A stretch of 64,000 nucleotides of DNA from Rebecca billardiae RCC1528. Its lineage: Eukaryota; Protista; Haptophyta. Made by a program: the position numbers and the translations under genes. Shown one piece after another: positions 48,481-59,726 of this stretch. Position 1 is the first letter of the stretch, and every line of letters starts with the position of its first letter. The notes under the pieces are model-generated. The model was not told the DNA's origin. It searched no databases and worked only from the letters and a program-made list of their open reading frames with translations. The stretch spans positions 868,001 to 932,000 of the forward strand of contig OZ251231.1 of NCBI GenBank assembly GCA_965240325.2, read 5' to 3'.

Positions 48481-51477
48481 ATGGCGGCGACCGGGGCGGC
48501 CGAAAGCTTCACGTTCTTCAAGCTGTGCAACGAGCTCGGGCGCATCGAAGGGGCGGCCAACGGGCGCGACCATGGCTTGAACAGCAAGCGCGCCATCGCG
48601 CGCCACCTGTTTGACCAGTACTCCAAGCATGGCCGGGGCCAGCAGGAGAACATGCACCCGCTGCTGCGGCTGCTCGTGCCGGGGATCGACAGCAAGCGTG
48701 GCAACTACAGCCTCAAGGAGGCGAAGCTGGGCTCGGAGCTGGCCGCCGCGCTCGGTGGCGGCCCGGACCTCGCCGAGAAGATGTCCAGGTGGAACTCGAC
48801 GAGCACAGCAAAGGCGACCGGTCTGCGCGGCGACTTCGCTGACTTTGCGAGCGCAGAGATCCTGCGCGAGCGGTGCAAGGAGTCGGAAGGGTGGACCATC
48901 GCGCAGGTGAACGGCTGGCTGGACCGGCTCGCAGCTGTCGCCGCGGACAAGGCGCCGACGCAGGCGGACGAGCGCCAGAAGCTCTTTGTCGAGGCGACGC
49001 GGGCGCTGAGCGCGTTCGAGCTCAAGTGGATCATCCGCATAATCCTCAGGAACATGCGCATCGGGATCAAAGAGATGTCGATGCTCAAGGCGTACCACCG
49101 CCACGCCGAAGAGCTGTTCAGCCAGCGGGCAGACCTCGAGGCGATGTGCGTCAAGTGCGCCGACCCGTCGTTCAAGTTTGCGCTCTCGGACATGCAGCTG
49201 TTCACGCCCGTCTGCTCGATGCTCGCCTCGGCCATCACCGTCGACGCGCGCGCGATGGCCAAGCTCGCACGCGACGTGCTCGTCGAGCAGAAGTTCGACG
49301 GCGAGCGGCTGCAAGCGCACGTGGACGTGGCGTCGGGCAGGGTCGTGTGGTACACGCGCAACCGCAAGGACTTCTCCAAGCACTACGGCGCCGACATGGA
49401 CCCGGTCGTGAAGAGCTGCCTGCGTCCGCGCGTGACCTCGGCCATCTTGGACGGCGAGATGCTCGCGTGGGACGCGGACGCGCAGCGGTACTGCCCGTTC
49501 GGCGAGAACCGCACGATGAACGTGCAGCACCGCCGCGGGCAGGGCGAGCACCAGCAGCCGTGCTACAAGGTGTTCGACCTGCTCTACCTCAACGGCGAGA
49601 ACCTGACCGACCAGCCGCTGCGCGAGCGCAAGCGGCTGCTGCGCGAGTGCGTGCTCGCGCGGGACGAGCCGCGGCGGCTCGAGCTGGTCGAGGGCAGTGT
49701 GGTGCGCAGCGCGCTGGGGAACGCCGACAAGGCGAACGAGGTGATGGCGCTGCTCGACCAGTCGATGATCGAGGGGCACGAGGGGCTCGTGCTCAAGGCG
49801 CTCGATGGCGACGGCGCAGCGTACACGCCCGACAGGAGGGGGTGGCACAAGGTGAAGCCCGACTACCAGGACGGCTGGTTCCAGACGCTCGACCTCGTCG
49901 TGATCGGGGGCTACTACGGCAGTGCGCACACGGGGCAGCACTGGAAGAGCGGCGGCGTGTCCCACTTCCTGCTCGGCCTGCTGCCGCGCGCGGGCACGGC
50001 CGTGCCGCCGGGCACGAGCGAGGACCCGGTGATCACGTTTGGCAAGGTGGGCACCGGCTACACCGCCGAGGAGCTCGCCGAGATCCGCCGCCGGCTCAAG
50101 CCGTACGAGCGGCCCTTCGACCGGCAGAGCCCGCCCCCGCACTTCCTCAACTGGACCGCGCAGACCAAGGACGACTGGCCGACCGTGTGGTACCCGCTCA
50201 AGGAGACGCTCGTCTTCGAGATCAAGGCGTACGAGATCACCGAAGCGGAGCCGGAGAAGTGGAAGGCCGGACTCTGCCTGCGCTTCCCGCGGGTCGAGTG
50301 CGTGCGCTGGACCAAGGAGTGGCACGAGGCGGAGTCCCTGGTCGGCGTGCAGAAGCTGCACAAGGAGCTCAAGGACAAGGGGCTGCGGCTCTCCACGGCG
50401 AACAAGGGCGCCGCGATCGCGGACGCGGCTGAGGGCGGCGCGGGCGTCAACGACGGCGGCGCGCGGCACAAGAAGAAGCGCAGGGTGGACGCGCAGCCGT
50501 CGATCCAGACGGCAGCGGCGCTCACCGGCGGCGGCGTCGCCGTGAGGCTGAACCTCTTCCACGAGCACCGCATCTGGGTGGCGGTGGACGACGACGAGGG
50601 CGAGCTCGGAGCGCTGTGGACGCTCGCGTTGTCGCTGGGCGCGCAGCCCGTGCGCAACCAGGTGCCCACCATGCGCTACGTCCTCGTCCTCCCCAAACCG
50701 AGGTCGGGCGCGCAGCCGCTGAAGGTGCAGAACTGCTTGCGCAAAGCGGTGCGCGACAAGGCGGCCGCGGCCGAGACGCCGAGCGGCGCGCCGAGCTTCG
50801 ACGTGGTCACGTCCGAGTGGCTGCGCGCGTGCGAGCGCGCCGGGCGGCTCGTGCCCCTCGAGCCACGCTTCACGCTCTTCACCTCGCCCGCGACTGACTT
50901 CGAGCTGTCGGGCGTGATGGACGCGTACGGCGACCGCTACGCGGAGGACGCGAGCGTGGACGAGCTGCGCGCCGTGCTCAGGCTCGTGCGCGAGCGCGAG
51001 GGCGAGCGCGACGCTGCGGGCGCGCCACGTTCGGTCGCGGAGGTGGTGCGCGCGATCCAGGACGACGAGGTGTGCTACGAGCTCGACCCGCCCCCTCGGG
51101 GCGCGCTGCGCACGCCGCACCAGTGCGTCGCGTACATGCTGGCAGAGCACGTGCTCAGCCCGCCCGACGCGCACCGTCCGCAGCGCGGCGCCCTCGCGCT
51201 CTGCGCCGCGCGCCTCCGGCTCCTCGGAGCGCGTGTGACCCACGAGCTCTCCGACAGCGTGACGCACTGCGTCTTCCCATCCACGGGCGAGTGGGCGTCG
51301 GACGCGAAGCAGATGCTCGCGCAGCTGCGCAAGCGCCGCCCCGACGGGGGCGCCTACGTGAGGAAGCGCTTCGTGCGCAGCACGTGGGTCGACGCGTGCT
51401 GGAACGCGAGCGCGTGGGTCGCCGAGGCGTCCCACGAGAGTCTGATCTGCGCCGCATCAGCACCTGGCGTCGCATGA
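48481..51477 (+). CDS. LIG4: DNA ligase IV (NHEJ)
   Basis: EQKFDGER active-site Lys, ILDGEM, EGLVLK, WHKVKPDY, LDLVVIGGYYG, LRFPR, two C-terminal BRCT-like regions separated by DAYGDRY. Confidence 0.95.
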   Translation: MAATGAAESFTFFKLCNELGRIEGAANGRDHGLNSKRAIARHLFDQYSKHGRGQQENMHPLLRLLVPGIDSKRGNYSLKEAKLGSELAAALGGGPDLAEKMSRWNSTSTAKATGLRGDFADFASAEILRERCKESEGWTIAQVNGWLDRLAAVAADKAPTQADERQKLFVEATRALSAFELKWIIRIILRNMRIGIKEMSMLKAYHRHAEELFSQRADLEAMCVKCADPSFKFALSDMQLFTPVCSMLASAITVDARAMAKLARDVLVEQKFDGERLQAHVDVASGRVVWYTRNRKDFSKHYGADMDPVVKSCLRPRVTSAILDGEMLAWDADAQRYCPFGENRTMNVQHRRGQGEHQQPCYKVFDLLYLNGENLTDQPLRERKRLLRECVLARDEPRRLELVEGSVVRSALGNADKANEVMALLDQSMIEGHEGLVLKALDGDGAAYTPDRRGWHKVKPDYQDGWFQTLDLVVIGGYYGSAHTGQHWKSGGVSHFLLGLLPRAGTAVPPGTSEDPVITFGKVGTGYTAEELAEIRRRLKPYERPFDRQSPPPHFLNWTAQTKDDWPTVWYPLKETLVFEIKAYEITEAEPEKWKAGLCLRFPRVECVRWTKEWHEAESLVGVQKLHKELKDKGLRLSTANKGAAIADAAEGGAGVNDGGARHKKKRRVDAQPSIQTAAALTGGGVAVRLNLFHEHRIWVAVDDDEGELGALWTLALSLGAQPVRNQVPTMRYVLVLPKPRSGAQPLKVQNCLRKAVRDKAAAAETPSGAPSFDVVTSEWLRACERAGRLVPLEPRFTLFTSPATDFELSGVMDAYGDRYAEDASVDELRAVLRLVREREGERDAAGAPRSVAEVVRAIQDDEVCYELDPPPRGALRTPHQCVAYMLAEHVLSPPDAHRPQRGALALCAARLRLLGARVTHELSDSVTHCVFPSTGEWASDAKQMLAQLRKRRPDGGAYVRKRFVRSTWVDACWNASAWVAEASHESLICAASAPGVA

Positions 51478-52196
51478 TCGACGCGACTGCTATGATGATG
51501 AGTCAATGATGATGTCGACTGTCGTGACTACGTCTACTGACTGCGTCTGCTGATGCGCAGATGTGACTTGTGAGTGAGATCGATATGATCAGTGTCAATC
51601 ACTATTGTCATGACATTGACGCTACGAGTTCAATTATACTTTGTTAAGTCGTACGACGATGACTCGGCGCTGATGATTTATTCGTATCTGATATCGTCAT
51701 CGCCCGCCAGCTGACCATTGCGATTGACATTGTCCGTCGATCCTAATTGCCTCAGGCTGACCATTGTCATCGTCCATTCCGCGACCGCGACTCGCGAGTT
51801 CGGCAGCACGCCAATTCCGATATTATTTCGGAATATAATAATCATTATTCCGAATTCGCGTCTCGGACCGTCGGTCGAATATATATTAGCTGATCTTCAG
51901 CATCAGTCACATGCATCATGTCGTCAAACGGGCACCACCAGCGCGCAGGCGCGCTTGATATCATGCCGATCGAGCTGACGACTCGGCTGAGCCCGAGCTC
52001 GGAGCTGGCAGCCTGCAGCCGCTGCCTGCTGGGCTGGGAACGCACGTGCTGCGTCTGGACTCTGGTCAATAAGTCGTCATGCGGCCGGCAGGATTAGCGC
52101 GGTAGGTGTCCGGGGAGGCATGTGCCGCGGAGGTCAGCGCGAGCGAGCATGCGGGGGGGGGGGCGGGGTCAACTGAGACGACCGAAGGCAGAGGCA

Positions 52197-53806
52197 TCAC
52201 GCCGCGAGATTGCGCGCGACGGCCGTGTAGGTGGAGGGGTCGTCGTGGAAGCGGTTGGGCGCCGCTTTCGTCGCCTGCACGACTGGGCCATCGGCGGCCT
52301 TGAGCAGGATGGTCGAGTGCAACTCGCCCGCCACTTTGCCCGCGTCATGCGCGATGATTTCAAGCGCCACGAGGAACTGGTTGAAGCTGATGCGCTTGCC
52401 GCCCCACGAGGTGTCCAGCGCGGCAGAGCCCGACGGCGCGCGCGTCGCCTTGGTGAAGGCCAGGTCGAGGAAGGTGGGCGTGATCGTCTTGCTGATCAGC
52501 CCCGAGTCCTTTGCGAGCTTGACAAAGTTGCGCGAGGTCATGCCCAGCAGCCCTCCCGCGGATGCCGCGTCGCGGTTCTCGCCGAAGCGCGCGTACTGCT
52601 CGAACACGTCGAGGAGCGCGGCGCGGTTGGCCGGCTCGGCGGGCGTGGGCACCCCGCCGAGCGAGTGCCGCCGCGGCTCCTTCTGGAAGCGGTCCGCAGC
52701 CGTGACGGCGTGGCCGATGCCGCCAATCGTGTGCGTGTGGCGCTGCTTGGTGGTGGTGGTGGTGCCCTGAAGGTTGACCCCCGCCATCTCGCGCGCCACG
52801 GCCGTCCACGTGCTCGGATCATCGTGGAAGCGGTTGGGCGCGGCCACCGTCGCCTGCATGATGGGGCCCTCCTCCGTCTTGTCCGCGATCTGCTTGTGCA
52901 GCTTGGCGGAGGGCACGCCCTTCTCGGCAGCGCACAGCTCGAGCGCGATGAGGAACTGCCCATAGTTGATGCGCTTCGCCGTCGCATCGGCCAGCTCCGC
53001 TCCACCCACCGGCGCGCGGATGGCCTTGGTGAAGGTGAGGTCGAGGAAGGTCTGCGTGAGCTTCTTGCCGTCCGCCAGCCCCACGTCCTTCATCAGCTTC
53101 ACCCAGTTGCGAGAGGTGAGGCCGAGCACCTCGGACTCGCGGCTCTCGCCGAAGCGGCAGTACCGCTCGAAAACGATGAAGACCCCCTTGTTGTCGGAGG
53201 GCATCTTCGCCACCGGCAGCTTGGTCATCGAGTCCTCGCGCGACAGCGCCTTGCTCGGCTCGCCCCGCGCAACGGCCGTCCAAGTCCTGCGGCGTCAGAA
53301 AAGGTGAGCCGAGGACGCGCGGGGGTTGGGGGTGGGTTGGGGGGGAGAAAGGCGGTCGGCACCGAGCGAGCAGCAGGCTCCGCAACGATGGCAGCCGCGC
53401 GCGCGTGCGGGCGCGCTCACGATTTGTCGTCGTAAAACTTGTTCGGGGCGGCCACTGTCGCCGTGACGGTCGGTCCGTCGTCCGCCTTGGCGATGATGCG
53501 CTGCATGAGATCATTGGCTGTTGTGCCGGCCTCCTCGGCGCAGAACTTCAGCGCGAGCTGGAACTGGGCGAATGTAATGCGCTTGCCCCCCCACGAGCTG
53601 TCCAGCCCCGGCGCACCCGAGGGCGAGCGCGACGCCTTGGTGAACGCAATGTCCAGAACGGTCAGCGTGAGCTTCTTGTCGACGAGCCCGCTGTCCTTGG
53701 CGAGCTTGACAAAGTTGCGCGAGGTCATGCCGCCCGACTGGGCGCCAGCGTTGTCTCCGAATGCACAGTACTGCGCAAAGACACGGGTGAGGGCCTCCGA
53801 ACCCAT
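52197..53806 (-). CDS. Protein with three tandem p25alpha (TPPP) domains; intron 53420-53287
   Basis: Three repeats of FxxYxxFG..TSRNxVKLxKDxGL..LDxxFTKA..KRIxxxQFxxAL..PNxFxDDxSTxTAV. Spliced length is 1476 nt. Confidence 0.9.
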
Positions 53807-55035
53807 GGTGTGCGGGCGCTATCCCGCCGCAGGCAGGGTCCAAGCAAGCGCGTGCACAGCGGCGGGGTGCCAGGCTCCGCCCTTGCTGCCGCTCTACAGC
53901 TCAGCCGCTGTGGCCTGCGCGGGCGATCGAGATGCGCGGGCGCTGGAAACGGCAGGTGAGCCAAACCGCGAGAAAACGACCGCCCGCGCGGTTCATCAAG
54001 GGGGTTCGGATTTAGATCTCGTTATCAACCGGTTGATAGTTGATATTATACGCCCTTGTCGAGTCGTGTCGTCGTTGCGATACCGCCCTTGTTTCAACTC
54101 ACTAATTGAGAGTTCTAAAGGCGACAACGAACTGGGTACTACTCATTTATTGGCACTATCTATCACCCGGAGCCCGTTATAAAGGAAAAACAGAAAAAAA
54201 GATAGTACCGGTAGCTTGCCGGTTAACCCATGCATGGGGACCGGTACATCGCTCGGGGCACAGCAGGTCCATGCGAGCCGCGCAGCGCAGGTGGATCGCG
54301 CTCCAGCAGCTCAAGGCCGCGCTCAAGCCATTCGATCGCGGTTCAGGCTATGCTCTGCCACCAGCGCCGACTTCGTGTCGACGATCGGGCACTGCCGACG
54401 ACGAATCAGGAGACCTGCGCCGTCCTACCTGTGTCGTTTAATCATAGAATGAGTGTATGACTATGATGGGTGCTTGTATCTTCATACGATGCAGCATGGA
54501 AAAGGCCTGAAAGGCGGCCTGGGCTACGGCCCTGCCTGGGCGGTGAACAACTTGAGTGAACTTGGCACGTCGTCGCCGCCGAACTCGCCGTCCTCGTCTG
54601 ACTGGCTCATGCCCATGGTCCTACATCATCAGCTGCGAAGCCCTCAACTGATGGGCACTGGCGGCGCACCGCCGCCGCACCACCGCGGTCTCAACAAATA
54701 AAATAATCTCAACAGACAAGGTCACTGAAGGTGAGGTCCCGCTGAGTGACTGAGTGAGTTCCGCGACTCGGTCGCCCCGCGCGGGCACCGGACTGCCAGT
54801 GCCTGGGTGAGCCTGGGACGGCGATATGCGTATTATGACGCGATAGTGTCATAGTCCGACGAGCTGTTACGAGACGAGTACTGAGTCAGTGAGTGTGAGC
54901 CGCTGTCGGACGGACTCGGACCGGGCCCCGCGCAGACTGTCAGCCGGCGGTGAGTCTGACCACCCGCTCCCCCAGCTTCCAATCACGCCTGCGCTGGACG
55001 CTCGGCCGGCACGCAGCCGGCCTGCCTTCGCACCC

Positions 55036-55851
55036 TCAGACGCGCGCTGTGCAGCCATCGATGGCGTACGAGCGGAACAGCTTGAAAGCTTCCAGGATGG
55101 CGAACGTCATCAGCACGTGCCAGCACGTGTGCCCGAGCCACACGAAGGGCACACGGCGGCTGCTGTGCAGTTTCATGTCCAGCAGGCGCAGCAGCATGCC
55201 CACGATGCTGAGCGTCAGCGTGCCCCTCAGGCCGCTGTAGTCGGCAGGCAGCCGGTCGGCCGCGAATATGCCGAAGTCGATGATAATTGTGCCGACGATG
55301 CCAGCGGGCAGCACAATGTCGCTCCAGCCGGGGGTGCGCGCGAGCAGGTGGCAGCCGACAACGCCGCATGCCCCAGCCAAAACGAACGGCCATGCGGGCG
55401 CGTGCGGGAAGTTGTGTCGGCACGCACCAAAGAGCGAGGCCGCTAGGGGCGGAATCGTCGCGCCCATGGTCGCTCCCGCGTCGAGGACTCGCCAAATCTC
55501 GAGCAGCGACGCATGGAACATGAACGAGGAAAACCCCGTCCAGATGAGGACGACTGCGAGCAGCTGGTTGAACATCGGAAACTTGTGCGAGCAGTTGGAG
55601 TCGGGGGCCGCTGGTGCGTCGGAGGCTGTCACGACGAGGATGTGCACGCCGAGCAGCCAGAACGCAAACGATGACCACGAGTTGAGCAGCGTGCGCACCG
55701 GCCGATGCCAGCGCTTGGGCTCGCCGTACTCCTCGAGCTTAGCGTACATGCGCATACCATCCCAAATCGTCGGTGGCAGCGAATCGAGCCCGAGTGCGAA
55801 CGCAGATGGCAGCACAACTCCACCGAGCGTTAAGGCTGCTACCGCCGCCAT
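55036..55851 (-). CDS. CREST-superfamily membrane hydrolase (alkaline ceramidase-like)
   Basis: NSWSSFAF, GFSSFMFHAS (SxxxH), LD, GHTCWHVL (HxxxH) and multiple TM helices. Confidence 0.8.
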   Translation of the reverse strand: MAAVAALTLGGVVLPSAFALGLDSLPPTIWDGMRMYAKLEEYGEPKRWHRPVRTLLNSWSSFAFWLLGVHILVVTASDAPAAPDSNCSHKFPMFNQLLAVVLIWTGFSSFMFHASLLEIWRVLDAGATMGATIPPLAASLFGACRHNFPHAPAWPFVLAGACGVVGCHLLARTPGWSDIVLPAGIVGTIIIDFGIFAADRLPADYSGLRGTLTLSIVGMLLRLLDMKLHSSRRVPFVWLGHTCWHVLMTFAILEAFKLFRSYAIDGCTARV

Positions 55852-55973
55852 CTGGCCCGCGCGGATTCCCTGCCTCGCCCGACCCGTTCGGCCGTTCGTT
55901 GAATCGTTCACGTGATCACGTCCGCCACTGCTCCACGGGCGCTGAGCTTGTGATCTGGAGATCAACCTGCAGG

Positions 55974-57081
55974 CAAGGGAGGTCCGGGCCGGGAGCTCCC
56001 AGCGAGCGGCCAGCAGCGCGACATCACCTCAAGGTTTTTCCTGAGCGCCGGGCGGCAGCGGCGGCGAGGGCGGTGCTCCGCTGGCGGGGCGCGCACGGGG
56101 CACGGCGCTGCGGGCGCGGATGTGTCCGCAGAGCCGGCGCGTGCGGACGGGCTGTTGCGGGAGAGCATCTGGCGCCCTCCTGCGCCGCGCGCATTGCGCC
56201 ACGCCTCTTTCGCCTTGACTCAGGGCAGCGCGCACATGCGCGCCGCGTCAAGGCCAGCCTTGCCGCGCCGCAGCCGACCGCGCGCGCGCCGTGCGCGGCG
56301 TGGTCGGGAAGGAACGGGCGTGGCTGCCGGGCGAGATGGCGACATCACGTGCGCACGCCATGCCGCCCCGCCACGCCTTGACGAGCGTGTCGCCGGTCCG
56401 TTTGCACGCCTCTTCGAGTTGTCTCAAATGGTCTGCACGGCCTCGCGGTCGCGACCCTTGTCGGGACGATCATTGAGACACAGAACAGTGCCAGACGGGC
56501 ACGCGGACTACTCTTACATGAATGTCCATCACCACGTGGCCATGTAGAAGTGCTGGGTGCGACGCTTTCCTCGCGCTGATGCACTTTCATCATCTTTTTC
56601 GAGCTCAGGTCTGGCTTCAGGCACGGCAAGAAATCAGCACTCGTCAACAGCTGTGCGGATCCGTTATCGCGCCCTTTCGCGGCGCCGCGGGACGACATGG
56701 CGTGCGCACGTGATGTCGCCATCTCGCCCGGCAGCCGCGCCCGTTCCTTCCCGACCACGCCGCGCACGGCGCGCGTGCGGTCGGCTGCGGCGCGGCAAGG
56801 CTGGCCTTGACGCAGCGCGCATGTGCGCGCTGCCCTGAGTCAAGGCGAAAGAGGCGTGGCGCAATGCGCGCGGCGCAGGAGGGCGCCAGATGCTCTCCCG
56901 CAACAGCCCGTCCGCACGCGCCGGCTCTGCGGACACATCCGCGCCCGCAGCGCCGTGCCCCGTGCGCGCCCCGCCAGCGGAGCACCGCCCTCGCCGCCGC
57001 TGCCGCCCGGCGCTCAGGAAAAACCTTGAGGTGATGTCGCGCTGGCCGCTCGCTGGGAGCTCCCGGCCCGGACCTCCCTTG
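55974..57081. mobile_element. Non-autonomous foldback DNA transposon with ~400-bp TIRs, P-element-like
   Basis: Arms 55974-~56371 and ~56687-57081 are near-identical inverted repeats. Termini CAAGGG..CCCTTG. Direct repeat CTGCAGG at 55967-55973 and 57082-57088. Confidence 0.85.
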
Positions 57082-57311
57082 CTGCAGGCTTGCGGCTCGC
57101 GGCTCCCAAACTTCCGACCGGCGACCGCTCTGGAGCTCGGGCTGGCACTCCTCCGGCAGTGCCTGGGGCTGCCGATTTTCACTTTCAATTTTATCAGCGT
57201 ATCAGCGTGAGTCGTCACCGCCGCCGCCGCGCCGCGCGGTCCCAGCCCGCATCGCCGCACCCTGGGTGGGGGGGCTTGGTGGCCGGCGTTACCGCTCGTG
57301 GGGTTCGGGCG

Positions 57312-59726
57312 ATGCGTCCATGGCGGGCCGCGTTGCTCGGTGCCATGGTGGTGTCGCCCCCCAGGCTCGTCGTGGGCTGGGCGGTCATCGACAAGCCTGG
57401 CGGCGAGGGCCTGCGCACGGCATGGCGGTGGGAGGCGCCCGCTGACGCCTTCGCCTCGACGGACGGCCTCGGTGGCGGCCTCGTGTTCAGCATTGACTCG
57501 CGCTTCTGCGAGCAGATGCTCCCCGCGTTCAGCGACGACCTCTTCCGCGGCAGGCGCGTCTTTGTCACCTGCGCAGCCCTCGAGAACGCGGTCGAGCGCG
57601 CGTTCGCCATGTGGTCCTCCAACCATAAGGGCGTCCACTTCGTCAACGCAGGGCGCGATGCGTGCGATGACGACGCTCGGGCGCACGACGACTGCCTCGC
57701 CGTCGAGGTGGAGCTGTCGGCATCCACCTTCGGCGCCGAGCAGGACGAGCTGGGCGCGTACGTCCGGCACCACGTGAGCTCACAGGGCGTGCGGAAGCCG
57801 ACTGGCAACGTCTCCGCCAGCTCGGCGCGGATCGATCGCGCGGAGCTGCACGTCAACGCGGGCGCGTGCTGGTATCTCGACGCTAGCTTTTGCCACGGCT
57901 TCCACCGGATGAAGGGCGACTTTGGCGCGCACGAGTCGCTCATCGGCGGGCAGGTCGTGCTGTGGCTCGTGTGGTCGTTTGCGATGCTGGTCGTGTGCTA
58001 CGAGGCCGCCCTCGTGCTGTACGCGCTGTGGCACGTCGCGCACGACCAGCGGCCGGACGAGCCCGAGGAGGAGCTCCCCACGCTCGCGCGCCGCGCGAGC
58101 ACGCGCATCGCGGCGCGACGAAGCGTATCCTCCGCGCTGCAGCGCGCGTCGACACGCGTGCGCCAGTCCGCCCTGCCGGCGGGCGCGAATCGCGTCGAGC
58201 GGCTGCGCGAGGTCGCGTTCAACCTGGCGAACCGGCACTCGGTGGGCGGCCTGCTGTGCCTGTGGCTGTGCCTGCTGTTCCCGCCCATCTTCTACTTCAA
58301 CGTCTTCCTGCCGTGCTGGGAGTGCTTCGACTTCTCGGCCGCGATGACGCACGAGGTCGGGCACGTGCTCGGGCTGACGCACCCCGACGAGGCGGCGGCC
58401 GCGTCCAGGAACTGGCGGAGCGACGCACCGATGGGCGCCGAGACGTGCATGCGCGACGAGAGCACGCCGCAGACGACAGACGAGCCGCCGGACCGCTCCA
58501 TCATGTTCATGTTCACGCAGCACACGCCGCACGCGTGCCTGCAGCCCGACGACCTCGACGGGCTCAACTGGCTCTACCCTGCGTGCGAGGGCGTGCGCCA
58601 GTCTGTGCGCTGCGTCGCCTCCGAGCGCAACATCGGCTGGCTCCGGCTCACTTTCGCGGTGGCGCTGCCCACGATCGTCGCACTCGGCATCTCGCTGTGC
58701 GCCACGTACGCGGTGAAGCGCCGCCACCTGCTGCGGCTGCGCGAGACGAAGCAGCAGCTGCGCGAGGCCATCGACGAGCTCGAGGTCGCCAAGCAGCAGC
58801 GCGCACAGCCCATCGACGAGCCCGCCCGCGGCAGCCTGCTGCAGCGCCTCGGCCGCAAGGTGCAGACTGGGCTCGCGAGCCGGCCGCGCGCGTCGACCAA
58901 TTACTATGCGAGCGACAGCGTGCCTCCCGATGCGCGCGAGCCGAGCCGCCTCGGCGACCTCGCCAGTGTGGTCGCCGCCGCACAGCGCGCCAAGCAGCCG
59001 GGAAGCAAGCGCGACTCCGGCTCGCCGCCATGGCGCCGCTCCGGCACTGGCGTGAAGGGCGCGCGGTGCGCACCGCCGACCAGCGGCGCGCGCAGGGACG
59101 CCGGAGCGGAGCTGGGCGACGTCCGCGTGTCCTTCGCGGAGGAGACCGATGGGCGCAAGCCTGGTGCGGGCGTGGCGGACTCCCAGCCGCGGTGGAGTCC
59201 GAACGCTGGGCACGGCCAAACGCCGCTCGGCGAAGCTCTGCCGCCGCCAACGAAGCGTCGCGACCACGGCGGCAGTGCTGTCGAGGGGCAGGCGGCCCGG
59301 TGTGCCGCAGTGCACGCCCCTGCGAGCCCGGCCCGCATTGGCGCCGCTTCGCGACCTGCGGCCGGCGCTTCGGCTGCGGACGGCGGCGACGTGCACCCCC
59401 GCGCGCGTGTGGTCCAAGCAGACCCACACCGACGGCCGAGCGTCGGTGCGGACGCAGCCCGCTCCCATGCAGTCGCGGGCAACGGCACGGGGTCCGGTGC
59501 AGCGGCGCAAGCAGAGACACGTCCAAAGTTACCCTCTGCAACGGCCGCCACGACGCCAGCTGCGCTTGCCGGGACCGTGTGCAGCCATGACTTTTGGCCT
59601 GCGACTGGAGCTGCCGCCGACATCACGGAGGACGCGGCCCAGCGCCGCCGGCGCAGAAAGCTACAGCGCGAAGCATCAAAGACTACATCATCAGCGGCGG
59701 CCGCACGGGCACACGGTGACGCCTGA
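57312..59726 (+). CDS. Matrixin (M10)-like zinc metalloprotease with three predicted TM helices and a long cytoplasmic tail
   Basis: Signal-like leader, AVERAFAMWS, HEVGHVLGLTH zinc motif, SIMF Met-turn, LQPDDLDGLNWLYP. Confidence 0.85.
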   Translation: MRPWRAALLGAMVVSPPRLVVGWAVIDKPGGEGLRTAWRWEAPADAFASTDGLGGGLVFSIDSRFCEQMLPAFSDDLFRGRRVFVTCAALENAVERAFAMWSSNHKGVHFVNAGRDACDDDARAHDDCLAVEVELSASTFGAEQDELGAYVRHHVSSQGVRKPTGNVSASSARIDRAELHVNAGACWYLDASFCHGFHRMKGDFGAHESLIGGQVVLWLVWSFAMLVVCYEAALVLYALWHVAHDQRPDEPEEELPTLARRASTRIAARRSVSSALQRASTRVRQSALPAGANRVERLREVAFNLANRHSVGGLLCLWLCLLFPPIFYFNVFLPCWECFDFSAAMTHEVGHVLGLTHPDEAAAASRNWRSDAPMGAETCMRDESTPQTTDEPPDRSIMFMFTQHTPHACLQPDDLDGLNWLYPACEGVRQSVRCVASERNIGWLRLTFAVALPTIVALGISLCATYAVKRRHLLRLRETKQQLREAIDELEVAKQQRAQPIDEPARGSLLQRLGRKVQTGLASRPRASTNYYASDSVPPDAREPSRLGDLASVVAAAQRAKQPGSKRDSGSPPWRRSGTGVKGARCAPPTSGARRDAGAELGDVRVSFAEETDGRKPGAGVADSQPRWSPNAGHGQTPLGEALPPPTKRRDHGGSAVEGQAARCAAVHAPASPARIGAASRPAAGASAADGGDVHPRARVVQADPHRRPSVGADAARSHAVAGNGTGSGAAAQAETRPKLPSATAATTPAALAGTVCSHDFWPATGAAADITEDAAQRRRRRKLQREASKTTSSAAAARAHGDA

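Noticed and set aside
48340-51435. 1031-aa antisense ORF over LIG4, and similar shadow ORFs over other genes
   Set aside because: Expected from extreme GC codon bias; no recognisable motifs.
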